A stretch of DNA of 64,000 bases from positions 1,984,001 through 2,048,000 of the forward strand of contig OZ244239.1 of assembly GCA_965217115.1 (NCBI GenBank), read 5' to 3'. The position numbers and the translations under genes are program-made. Origin of the DNA: Bdellovibrionales bacterium. Its GTDB lineage: Bacteria > Bdellovibrionota > Bdellovibrionia > Bdellovibrionales > CAYMLA01. The notes below the pieces were generated by a model. The model saw only the letters and a list, made by a program, of their open reading frames with translations, was not told where the DNA came from and ran no database searches. This document shows positions 39,423-48,505 of this stretch, in pieces (the first letter of the stretch is position 1; every line of letters begins with the position of its first letter).

Positions 39423-40457
39423 ATGAAAAAAATTCTTAGTACACTTGTAGGAATCATGCTGTTTACAACAGTGAGTCACGCATCTAAGGCTAGATTAAAT
39501 GCTTTAGGGCAAGATGGAGATGGATCTTTATACATCTTAGACAACCGTAACATTTTTCTAAACCCATCAACGTTGAATGATGTGAAAAGTGGTATTTACA
39601 CTGAATGGGGCTCTAACCCAGAAGGTGGATTTGTTAAGTATTTAGGGGGTATGAAATTTGGTTTTCATATGGGCTCTGATTCAGCACCCGACTATAACGG
39701 TAAGTACTTGCACTCTGGTAACGGTCTTGACTTTTTCTTAGCTGGTGAATCACGGGTTAAGTGGGGTGTCGCTCTTTCCTATGTATCAAATGAATTGAAA
39801 GATGGTGATGATGACGTATTTAAAGAGAGTTCAACCGGTCTTAAACTGGGTGCTTCACGGGGCAACTGGTCAGCATTTGCTCACCTTGGATTGGGTGGAA
39901 AAGCTGAAGGGAGTATTTTTAATGACGAAGATGGGCAGCAGCCTGACGATATTAATGATGTCGCAGAAGGTAAATCATCTTACACTCTTGGTGGAACCTA
40001 CAACGTAGGTCAAGGAACTGTTTTTCTTAAGTATAAAACTGGAGAGACAGAAGTAAGTGGAGTGGATACTAATTTAAGTAAATCTGCTACTTCCCTTGGT
40101 TGGCACAACGGTCATGACATGGGTGATAACGGAATGTGGTTTTACACACTGTCTTATGATAAAGAAACGGCTGAGGGCGGAGCTTTTGACTTGGATTTTG
40201 AAGACACAGCTCTTAAGTCGATTATTGGTTTTGAAGCCCAAGGAGCTAGCTGGCTAACTTTACGTGGGTCTGTTTCCCAACGCACTTTCATCAATGAAGG
40301 CAGTGATGGATCTGTTCCAAACACAACAGCTGTTGCGGCGGGTGCTACGCTTAACTTTGGTAGCTTAAGTATTGATGGAAGCCTAGGAAGTATTGGTGAT
40401 GCAAGTTTAAACGCTTTTGATCTACTTTCTGACGTTGCCCTATCTTACTCGTTCTAA
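39423..40457 (+). CDS. Major outer-membrane beta-barrel protein (Bdellovibrio-type)
   Basis: Signal peptide ...SHA|SKARLNALG, DNRNIFLNP, LTLRGSVSQ, C-terminal YSF; strong GGAGG RBS and terminator. Confidence 0.82.
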   Translation: MKKILSTLVGIMLFTTVSHASKARLNALGQDGDGSLYILDNRNIFLNPSTLNDVKSGIYTEWGSNPEGGFVKYLGGMKFGFHMGSDSAPDYNGKYLHSGNGLDFFLAGESRVKWGVALSYVSNELKDGDDDVFKESSTGLKLGASRGNWSAFAHLGLGGKAEGSIFNDEDGQQPDDINDVAEGKSSYTLGGTYNVGQGTVFLKYKTGETEVSGVDTNLSKSATSLGWHNGHDMGDNGMWFYTLSYDKETAEGGAFDLDFEDTALKSIIGFEAQGASWLTLRGSVSQRTFINEGSDGSVPNTTAVAAGATLNFGSLSIDGSLGSIGDASLNAFDLLSDVALSYSF

Positions 40458-40481
40458 GCTAAGTTTTATTTAAAACTGATT

Positions 40482-40511
40482 AAAAAGGAGACTGTAGAGT
40501 CTCCTTTTTTT
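40482..40511 (+). terminator. Intrinsic terminator (possibly bidirectional)
   Basis: AAAAAGGAGACT-gtag-AGTCTCCTTTTTTT. Confidence 0.9.
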
Positions 40512-40543
40512 ATATTTGTGTTTCTTTAATAGTTTATAAAAGG

Positions 40544-41665
40544 ATGTGCATCTTGAAAGGGCCTTCCCACGGAGTTCTTCTAATTCAAACAGCGTTTATT
40601 GGTGATTTGTTATTAACAATCCCCCTCGCCCGTCGCTTAAAAGAATTACTGCCTGAGCATCCTCTAACTCTTTTATGTCGTAAGGGCTTAGGAGATATTT
40701 TACTGGCAACTAAAGTGATTGATCATGCTGTGGAAGTGGATAAGAGAGATCGCAATGCTTGGAAACAGATAGGGGAAAATCTTAAACAAAAAAAATATAA
40801 ATGGGTTGTGTGTCCCCATCGTTCTTTCACATCGGCTCGTCTGGTCAGCTCCTTAAAGGCAGACAAGAAGATTGGCTATTCTCTTTGGTGGAATTTTACG
40901 GTTTTTGACCATCGAGTGCAACGTCCTTTGATTGAGCCGGAGGTGATACGTCAGTTATATCTTATAAGTGAATTAGACAAAGTAACAGGTAAGAGGCTGG
41001 AGTCTTACAGTGGTCACCAGAAGAGTGCTTTATCTCAAGTACCCACCTGGGCTTCCATGGAATTAAGTGAGACTGTGTTTCTCCCGTCTAAGACAGAGAT
41101 ATTAAAGAAAAAATACCTATCGAGATGGAGTGATGGAGAGAAAAAAATCATCTCAGTGGCGCCGGGAAGTGTGTGGCCAACTAAGAGATGGAGGCTTGAT
41201 GGATATAAGCAATTGATTGCTGAGTTGCTGGATCGTGATTTTTCCGTGATTTTACTCGGATCGCCTGATGAGAGAGGGATTTGCGATGAAATAGAAGAGT
41301 CACAACAGCAGGGTAGGCGGTCTCAAGTTGTGAATTTAAGTGGTGAGACTTCCCTACTAGAGTCCTTGTATTTGATGAAACTGACTTCTGTGCTCGTCGC
41401 CAATGACAGTGGTGCTATGCACATGGCCTCGGTTGCGGGTGTCCCGTGTGTGTCTATTTTTGGTCCGACGACATTGGGATTAGGTTACCGACCATGGCAG
41501 AATAATGCTGCCGTAGTGGAGAATAAGAACCTATCTTGTCGACCTTGCGGTAAACATGGTCACAGAAAATGCCCTATTGGGACCCATGAGTGTATGACTT
41601 CATTGAAGGTGCCTGAGGTCTTGTCCCAACTGGGGCTTCTGGCAAATGACCCGTTTCTTAAATGA
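40544..41665 (+). CDS. GT9 LPS heptosyltransferase (WaaF-like)
   Basis: IQTAFIGDLLLTIP, APGSVWPTKRW, ANDSGAMHMA, IFGPT, CRPCGKHG...CP...HECM. Confidence 0.92.
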   Translation: MCILKGPSHGVLLIQTAFIGDLLLTIPLARRLKELLPEHPLTLLCRKGLGDILLATKVIDHAVEVDKRDRNAWKQIGENLKQKKYKWVVCPHRSFTSARLVSSLKADKKIGYSLWWNFTVFDHRVQRPLIEPEVIRQLYLISELDKVTGKRLESYSGHQKSALSQVPTWASMELSETVFLPSKTEILKKKYLSRWSDGEKKIISVAPGSVWPTKRWRLDGYKQLIAELLDRDFSVILLGSPDERGICDEIEESQQQGRRSQVVNLSGETSLLESLYLMKLTSVLVANDSGAMHMASVAGVPCVSIFGPTTLGLGYRPWQNNAAVVENKNLSCRPCGKHGHRKCPIGTHECMTSLKVPEVLSQLGLLANDPFLK

Positions 41666-42090
41666 GTCTTTAAATTATTTAGCTCAGACATTCGTTTGGC
41701 ATGCACCGCTCGCTTTAAAGCGAGCAAGTGCTGGCAAAGAACACCAACTCCCCCCACTTCGCTGTTCCCAGTCGAAGGCTTCAAAGGAGAGTTTCTGAGC
41801 TAAATAATGAGCTAAATAATGAAGCCTCATTTAAGAAACGGCTCATTTGCCAAACATTCCCTTGGAAGTCCCATGGGCTGTGAACAACGGGGATGGCTTC
41901 TGGCAAAGAACACTTTATACTCGCCCTGCTTCGCTGTTCCCAGTCAGTTGAAGGCTTCAAAGGAGAGTTTCTTAAATGAGTCTTTGTTATTTAGCGAGTT
42001 CGGCTTGGTGCACTGCTCGCTTTGCGAGCGGTGCTGCCAAACGAATGTCTGAGATAAATAATGAAGCCTCATTTAAGAAACGGGTCATTT
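41633..42090. repeat. Cluster of palindromic elements (variant 2), partly scrambled
   Basis: Inverted repeat 41641-41666/41826-41851; perfect palindrome gctcgctttaaagcgagc at 41708-41725; complete inverted variant-2 unit about 41960-42090; gagctaaataat x2. Confidence 0.92.
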
Positions 42091-42213
42091 AAAAAAAGGA
42101 TTTAACGTTGAAGACTCTAAACTCAAGGACAAAAGTCTAGGTTTACTGAAAACAACGTTTAACTTTAAACTTCATAAGTACTTAAGACCATAATCTACCA
42201 AGGAAGTTTTTTC

Positions 42214-42993
42214 GTGAAAAAGGAGTGTGTAATGAGAGTCTTGTTATTTTTCTGTTTTTTATTCATTTTTGAAGTTTCCTTTGCTGAAGAATACGCGGAG
42301 GGAAAAGTTCAATTAGCAAAAGTTGGTACAAAAGATGAAGCATTTCTCATCGGCGGCAAATATGTAAGTTCGTGTTCTAAGGGGGATTCTAAAACCCGAA
42401 AAACCCTATTGAATGCTATGTCTAATAATGAAAATGTTAATGTTAGTTTTATAGGAGGAGCTTCGAAGAGTTCTGAATGTATAACAAAGGTTAGATTTGT
42501 AACTTCAAAGTGTTTCGATGATTTGAAAGAAATGTCGTCTGAGTTTCGGAGTGATTCGGACAAGGGGTACGGAGATTCTAAAGGTCTTTTGAATAAGTTT
42601 TCTACTTTTGACTATCAATTTGATGAGAATACCCAGAGACATGTCCCATCGATAGTACAGCAAGGAGGAGCAAAGGAAGGCATTACAGTTATAACTCCCT
42701 CTGGTACAATGAAGGTTTCTGGTAGAAGCTGCAATCTCGTATCTAAGAAAACAAGTTTTAAATTTATTGCAGAAGCACTTAAGTCTGGATATGAGGAAAT
42801 TAAGCTTAGAGACAGAATTAGAAGTCTAGCTGGAAGGAGGTATAAGAAGAATGGTGATCTTGATAGATATAAGAAATTACTCAAAACATGCTCTAAGAAT
42901 ATACATCCAGACATTGAAGCCTCTGCTAAATCAATTTTAAATAAAATTAATGGCTCTACTACTGTCAATCGAACGAAAAAGGTGATTAACTAG
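42214..42993 (+). CDS. Secreted hypothetical protein flanked by direct repeats (probable start 42232)
   Basis: AGGAG RBS, signal peptide MRVLLFFCFLFIFEVSFA|EE, several Cys. Confidence 0.75.
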   Translation: MKKECVMRVLLFFCFLFIFEVSFAEEYAEGKVQLAKVGTKDEAFLIGGKYVSSCSKGDSKTRKTLLNAMSNNENVNVSFIGGASKSSECITKVRFVTSKCFDDLKEMSSEFRSDSDKGYGDSKGLLNKFSTFDYQFDENTQRHVPSIVQQGGAKEGITVITPSGTMKVSGRSCNLVSKKTSFKFIAEALKSGYEEIKLRDRIRSLAGRRYKKNGDLDRYKKLLKTCSKNIHPDIEASAKSILNKINGSTTVNRTKKVIN

Positions 42994-43047
42994 ATTTTGT
43001 GCCACTAGGTTCTGAGACGAATTAAGAATCAAAAAGTTCAGCCTTTC

Positions 43048-43086
43048 AAAATGGCTCCCGTAAAAAGAAGCCATTTTTATTTTTTT
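43048..43086 (+). terminator. Intrinsic terminator of 42214..42993
   Basis: AAAATGGCT...AGCCATTTT followed by a T-rich tract. Confidence 0.7.
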
Positions 43087-43190
43087 AGGAAAGCCCTCTA
43101 TTTAAAGTGGTCTTTTGTGACAATGTTATCTATTTCCAGAGAAAGACTAAAACTTGTTTCAAGTAAGTTTTGACTCTATGACCCGTTGTT

Positions 43191-43934
43191 GGGCTTCTGG
43201 CAAATGACTCGTCTTCAACGTTGTCTCCACTCTTTAGCTCAGACATTCGTTTGGCAGCACCGCTCGCAAAGCGAGCAGTGCACCAATCCGAACTCGCTAA
43301 AGAGTAAATCCAACTTTGAAGACTCTCCTTTGGAAGTCCCATGGGCTGTGAACAACGGGGTTGGGCTTCTGGCAAATGACTCGTCTTTAAAGTTGTCTCC
43401 ACTCTTTAGCTCAGACATTCGTTTGGCAGCACCGCTCGCAAAGCGAGCAGTGCACCAATCCGAACTCGCTAAAGAGTAAATCCAACTTTAAAGACTCTCC
43501 CTTGGAAGTCCCATAGGCTGTGAACAACGGGGATGGGCTTCTGGCAAATGACGTCTTTAAAGTTGTCTTCACTCTTTAAAGTTTGCACCCTCGCTTCGAG
43601 CTCTTTAGCTCAGTCATGGGCTTCGTTTGGCAGAACACTTTATACTCCCCCCTTCCCCCCGCCGCTCGCAAAGCGAGAGTTACCAATCCGAACTCGCTAA
43701 AGAGTAAATCCAACTTTGAAGACTCTCCCTTGGAAGTCCCATAGGCAGTGAACAACGGGGATGGGCTTCTGGCAAATGACCCGTCTTTAAAGTTGTCTTC
43801 ACTCTTTAGCTCAAACATTCGTTTGGCAGCACCGCTCGCTTTGCGAGCAATGCACCAATCCGAACTCGCTAAAGAGTAAATCCAACTTTAAAGACTCTCC
43901 CTTGGAAGTCCCATGGGCTGTGAACAACGGGGTT
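43191..43934. repeat. Tandem array of four 172-bp rod-hairpin units (variant 1)
   Basis: Units start at 43191, 43363, 43535 (228 bp, with insertions) and 43763; each is a nested IR gggcttc/gaagtcc > gtctttaaagttg/caactttaaagac > actctttagc/gctaaagagt > gctcgc-NNN-gcgagc. Confidence 0.95.
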
Positions 43935-44140
43935 GGGGTTTTGGCAAAGAACACTTTATACTCCCCCCTTCCCCCCGCTTCGCTGTTCCCAGTCAGTTGA
44001 AGGCTTCAAAGGAGAGTTTCTTAAATGAGTCTTTGTTATTTAGCGAGTTCGGCTTGGTGCGCTGCTCGCTTTGCGAGCGGTGCTGCCAAACGCATGTTTG
44101 AGCTAAATAATGAAGCCTCATTTAAGGAACGGGTCATTTA
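43935..44140. repeat. Terminal inverted palindromic unit (variant 2); part of a ~250-bp direct repeat with 41858-42109
   Basis: gtttcttaaatgag/ctcatttaaggaac and ttatttagc/gctaaataa arms around the reverse-oriented core. Confidence 0.92.
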
Positions 44141-45574
44141 AAAAAAGTTTTTAACATTAATATCGTATTTTTTTATTTTACGGAGCAAGGTGTTCTTAGG
44201 AATATTTGCGTGGGCCACCGTTTTATTGATTTTTCCCTTATTGGCTTTGAGGGCTTTTAGAATAAAATCTTTTTCAGATTGCTCTTTGAATTTATCGAAA
44301 TCAAGTTCACCAAATTCATGGGATGGAGGTGTTTTTATTGAGGATGTGGTGTGCATTGAACTGTTGCCGGAGGGAGTAGGGATCGTCGACATTTTGACGT
44401 TATCGGGTAGAGAAGCCAATGAGATTGTAGATGAATTTTCAAGGATAAATGCCCGTTCAATGACATTCTCTAATTCACGAATATTACCAGGCCAGCGATA
44501 GGATTTGAGTATTTCTAAACTAGCTGTTTCGATTTCTTGAATGTTTTTAGTTTGTTGTTTATTGAATTTTTTTATAAAATGTCGAACAAGCCTTGGGATG
44601 TCATTAACTCTATCTCTTAGAGGGGGTATGAAGATGGGCATAACGTTAAGCCGATAAAAGAGGTCTTCTCGAAAGGCATCATCTTCGATCATTTTTTCTA
44701 AGTTACGATTTGTTGCGGCGATAATTCTTGAATTGGTTTTAACCTCTCTTGTACTACCGATAGGAGTGAATCTTTTTTCTTGAAGAACTCTGAGAAGTTT
44801 TACCTGCATATCGGGCTTAAGTTCACCAACTTCATCAAGAAATAGAGTTCCGTTATTAGCTTGTTGAAAACGACCTATTTTTCTATCTGATGCTCCAGTG
44901 AAGGAACCTTTTTCGTGGCCAAAGAGTTCACTTTCCATGAGCTGTTCAGGAATTGCACCGCAATTGATTGCGACAAACTCGCCTTTCTTACGTGGGGAGT
45001 TGTAATGTATGGCACGGGCAACGAGTTCTTTCCCCGTGCCATTCTCTCCACGGACGAGAACGGAGGTGTCGACTTTACAAAGTTTATAAATAAGGTCAAA
45101 AATTTCGCGCATTTTTTCAGAGCTGCCGACAAAATCGCTATCAATGTCATCGTCAAAAATAGGATTGGAGATAGCAATTTCTGAAACAATCTGCCTAGCT
45201 TGAAGGGATTTTTTGACGATTTCAGTGAGTTTGTTGGGTTGAACTGGCTTTTCTAGATAATCATAGGCACCTTCTCTAATAGCGGCGACAGCATCGTTGA
45301 GATTACTGTGGGCCGTCATAAGTACAACGAAGGTCTTTGGCTGGATTTTTTTGATAGCTTCAAGAGCTTCAAGTCCAGTCATATTCGGCATCCGAACATC
45401 CATAAGGACAAGACCTGGTTGGTGTTGCTTGACTTGCATAAGGGCTTCTTGACCATCTTGGGCTTCTATGATGTTGAAATTAAAATTTTCCATGGACTCA
45501 AGAACGGAAATGACGGTTCTACGCAATTCACTTTCATCATCAACGATGAGAACTTTTAAATTTTCATTTTCCAT
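44138..45574 (-). CDS. Sigma-54-dependent response regulator (NtrC family)
   Basis: REC (VLIVDDE, MDVRMP), GENGTGKE, HEKGSFTGA, LFLDEVGE, FREDLFYRL, WPGNIREL, Fis HTH. Confidence 0.95.
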   Translation of the reverse strand: MENENLKVLIVDDESELRRTVISVLESMENFNFNIIEAQDGQEALMQVKQHQPGLVLMDVRMPNMTGLEALEAIKKIQPKTFVVLMTAHSNLNDAVAAIREGAYDYLEKPVQPNKLTEIVKKSLQARQIVSEIAISNPIFDDDIDSDFVGSSEKMREIFDLIYKLCKVDTSVLVRGENGTGKELVARAIHYNSPRKKGEFVAINCGAIPEQLMESELFGHEKGSFTGASDRKIGRFQQANNGTLFLDEVGELKPDMQVKLLRVLQEKRFTPIGSTREVKTNSRIIAATNRNLEKMIEDDAFREDLFYRLNVMPIFIPPLRDRVNDIPRLVRHFIKKFNKQQTKNIQEIETASLEILKSYRWPGNIRELENVIERAFILENSSTISLASLPDNVKMSTIPTPSGNSSMHTTSSIKTPPSHEFGELDFDKFKEQSEKDFILKALKANKGKINKTVAHANIPKNTLLRKIKKYDINVKNFF

Positions 45575-45586
45575 TATTCACCTCAA

Positions 45587-47476
45587 TTAGAGTATTTCAT
45601 CGTCTTCTACATTGCTCGGCACTTCAATATCTATATCACTTTCAGCGGGTAACCAAAAGCCTATTTTAGTTCCTTTATTATGTGTGCTTTTCAGTGAGAC
45701 TTGGCCTCCATGGAGCTCAACAAAGTATTTCACGAGATAGAGACCCAAGCCAGAGCCCTTTGTTTTTAGGTCTTGTTCTTTGCCTCGAACAAATTTATTC
45801 CAAATATTTTTTTGCTCTTCTTGAGTGATTCCAGTTCCGGTATCGGCGACTTCGACAACGATTTTACCTTTGATTTCTTTGGAACTGATGGTAATACTCC
45901 CGCCTTTTGGAGTGTATTTTATAGAATTTTCGATGAGATTAATGATGACTTCTTGAATGAGCGTCACGTCAAATTCAATGGAGAACATGGGCTCTAATTC
46001 AACTGTGAGATTGAGATATTTTTCTTTGGCGAGGGGAGAGAGCTTTTCTATGGCTGCTTCTATGGTTTCATTGATTTCAGCAATTTGTAGGTTGATTTTG
46101 AAATCTTTGGATTCAACTTTGATGACTTTTAGAATAGACTCAATGTAACGATGCAGCTCTTCTGAGTAATTTCGTATGGACTTAAGATCTTGAGAAAAAT
46201 CATATTCATTGTTTTCTGTGATCAATCTGTCTGTCACAGCTTGGATTTTGGCGATAGGAGTTTTTAGGTCGTGACTGATGAGGCTGACAAAATTACTTTT
46301 GAGTTCCTCTACCTTTCTTAAATAAAGTTGTTCTCGTTTGAGGCGCCAGTTTTTTCTCTCAATAATAGATGCCTGAAGTCCCATAAATATCATCCAAGTA
46401 AAAGAGAGTTGTATGAGAGGAGACATAATTGGAACCCAAAAATAATAGGCATCAAAGAGCCAAATGGAGAGTCCTAAGCAACAGATAAAGAGTGCAGTGA
46501 TAAAAACAATTGTGGATTGGCTAGGGTAGCGTCTCATTATGATGAGAGAAACGATGAGTAGAAAGAAGAGGTAGAGAATGTACCATTCATAATCTAAATG
46601 CTCGATCCAACGTCTATGGAGAATGTTATCTGTGATATGGGCGATAATTTCAGCTCGATTCATAAGACCTAGAGGGGTTAAAAATTGATGCCCAGGAGCT
46701 GTTCCAGAACCAATAATCACAAGTTTATTCTTAAAAAAATCGGGGGAAAGTTTTTTTAGAAGAACTTGGGATAGACTGACTTCGGAGAAGGAGTTAGTCG
46801 CTCCACGAAAATTGATCAATCTACTTGTTGGGAAAACGTATTCGATGGAGGGTCGTGGGTCTATTTTCTCAGATATGCGGGCGGCTATGTGAGGTATGCC
46901 AATAAGGGGAGAAGAGAAATGCCTAAGAATGCCATCGTCATCTGCCTGTAAATCCCCAATGCCGATATTGTCTCCGTATTCGTTGGAAAAACGAGGAGGG
47001 AGAGTTTGAGCCCGTCGATTTAAGTAGGTGTTCCATATAACTGTGGGATGAGTGAATATTTTCTCTTGCTCTTGTGAGAGGGAGGTCTTTGGGATATTAT
47101 CTCCAAAAAAGAAGGTGACAGCAATGGCCGTTGGTTTTTGCTCTAGGAGAAGGTTGAGAATGTTCACCCAAGTTTTTTCATTCCAATAGAGATTATCTGG
47201 AAGATGATTGTCAGAGAACTGTAGATAATTATTCTTTTGGAGGAATTTTTTACGGTCCTCTGGAGTTATTTTAATAATAACAATATCAGGAACAAAGCCA
47301 TTCTGGCCGCGTAAACTCAGGCGTGTGTCAAAAGACTTGAGTTCATCAAAAGTAAGAGCAACAAGTCCTACGGTCCAGCAGAGGAAGACCCTTAACCATA
47401 TGTTTCGACGACGCCAAATAGGGAGCGCTAGAAACCAAAATCGCTTGAGGAGTCGGTATTTCCATTTTGACCACAT
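45587..47476 (-). CDS. CHASE2-domain sensor histidine kinase
   Basis: DIVIIKI, DDDGILR, FFKNKLVIIG, TPLG...EIIA (CHASE2), 3 TM helices, SHDLKTP, NSIKY, GSGLGL. Confidence 0.9.
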   Translation of the reverse strand: MWSKWKYRLLKRFWFLALPIWRRRNIWLRVFLCWTVGLVALTFDELKSFDTRLSLRGQNGFVPDIVIIKITPEDRKKFLQKNNYLQFSDNHLPDNLYWNEKTWVNILNLLLEQKPTAIAVTFFFGDNIPKTSLSQEQEKIFTHPTVIWNTYLNRRAQTLPPRFSNEYGDNIGIGDLQADDDGILRHFSSPLIGIPHIAARISEKIDPRPSIEYVFPTSRLINFRGATNSFSEVSLSQVLLKKLSPDFFKNKLVIIGSGTAPGHQFLTPLGLMNRAEIIAHITDNILHRRWIEHLDYEWYILYLFFLLIVSLIIMRRYPSQSTIVFITALFICCLGLSIWLFDAYYFWVPIMSPLIQLSFTWMIFMGLQASIIERKNWRLKREQLYLRKVEELKSNFVSLISHDLKTPIAKIQAVTDRLITENNEYDFSQDLKSIRNYSEELHRYIESILKVIKVESKDFKINLQIAEINETIEAAIEKLSPLAKEKYLNLTVELEPMFSIEFDVTLIQEVIINLIENSIKYTPKGGSITISSKEIKGKIVVEVADTGTGITQEEQKNIWNKFVRGKEQDLKTKGSGLGLYLVKYFVELHGGQVSLKSTHNKGTKIGFWLPAESDIDIEVPSNVEDDEIL

Positions 47477-47566
47477 TCGACGCTATGTAGCAGAAAAGTT
47501 ATTTTTTTTCAATACTTAGGGGACATAATACTCGCTAGTTTTTTTGAATTGCAATAAGTTCATGGA

Positions 47567-48505
47567 ATGAAGGTTTGCCATGGTATTCATAATTTAGAGG
47601 GTTTTACGAAAGGGGCTGTTCTCACCCTGGGGAATTTTGATGGAGTGCACTCTGGCCACCGCCAAATTATTGAACGGGCCCTAGAGATATCCCAGAAATT
47701 GAGTGCATCATCTGTAGTTTTTACATTCTCTCCCCATCCAGTTCAGGTGATTTCTCCTGAAAGTGGTTTTAAGAGAATTTTTAGTGAAAAAGATCAAGAG
47801 TTTGAATTAAAAAAAATGGGTGTTTCACTCTTAAATGTGGAACCCTTTTCTTTGGAGTTGTCTCAAGTGTGTGCGGAGGACTTCTTTGAGAATTACATTT
47901 GGCAGCCTCTAAAGCCTTCGGCCATCGTGATTGGCTATGATTTTGCTTTTGGATCGGATAAGAAAGGCACGGTGGCTTTTTTGCGAACTATTTGTGAAGA
48001 GCGGGGGATTCATTTAGAGATGCTAGACTCCTATAAGAGAGAAGGTCGCATTGTTAGTAGCACTCTTATTAGAGAGTTAATTCAAGAGGGAAAAGTTGAT
48101 GAGGTGCCTTCTTACTTGGGGCGCCATTTCTATTTAGAAGGCAAGGTGATTGAGGGGGCCAGAAGAGGAAGACGATTGGGTTTTCCCACGGCAAATACCT
48201 TGTGTCCAACAGAGTTACAAGTTTGCTATGGGGTTTATGTGAGTCGTGTTTGGATTGAAGGAGAGGGGGAAGATAAAAAAAGCCACTTGTCTGTGACTAA
48301 CGTGGGTTATAGCCCCACATTTAGTCAAGATGGAGAGAGGCTTCTTATTGAAACTCATATCTTAGATTTTGATAGAGATGTGTATGGTAAGATGTTGAGA
48401 GTGGATTTTTTAAAATTTATGAGACATGAAAAGAAATTCCCCTCTATTGATGAGTTATCAAAACAGATAAAGATGGATATCGATAAAGCCAGAAGTGAAA
48501 AATAA
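47567..48505 (+). CDS. ribF: Bifunctional riboflavin kinase/FAD synthetase
   Basis: GNFDGVHSGH, GYDFAFG, SSTLIR, GFPTAN, ETHILDF. Confidence 0.96.
   Translation: MKVCHGIHNLEGFTKGAVLTLGNFDGVHSGHRQIIERALEISQKLSASSVVFTFSPHPVQVISPESGFKRIFSEKDQEFELKKMGVSLLNVEPFSLELSQVCAEDFFENYIWQPLKPSAIVIGYDFAFGSDKKGTVAFLRTICEERGIHLEMLDSYKREGRIVSSTLIRELIQEGKVDEVPSYLGRHFYLEGKVIEGARRGRRLGFPTANTLCPTELQVCYGVYVSRVWIEGEGEDKKSHLSVTNVGYSPTFSQDGERLLIETHILDFDRDVYGKMLRVDFLKFMRHEKKFPSIDELSKQIKMDIDKARSEK

Noticed and set aside
41560..44101. Short ORFs over the repeats (41560..41784, 41819..42052, 43130..43402, 43186..43479, 43576..43818, 43913..44101)
   Set aside because: Translations of palindromic repeats in varying frames and strands; the 172-bp period is not a multiple of 3 and there is no convincing RBS
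43191..44140. CRISPR array
   Set aside because: Units are 172 bp and near-identical over their whole length, with no unique spacers and no cas genes in the window
18806..44140. Canonical integron attC sites
   Set aside because: No clear RYYYAAC/GTTRRRY terminal boxes on the hairpins and no intI in the window; kept only as an analogy
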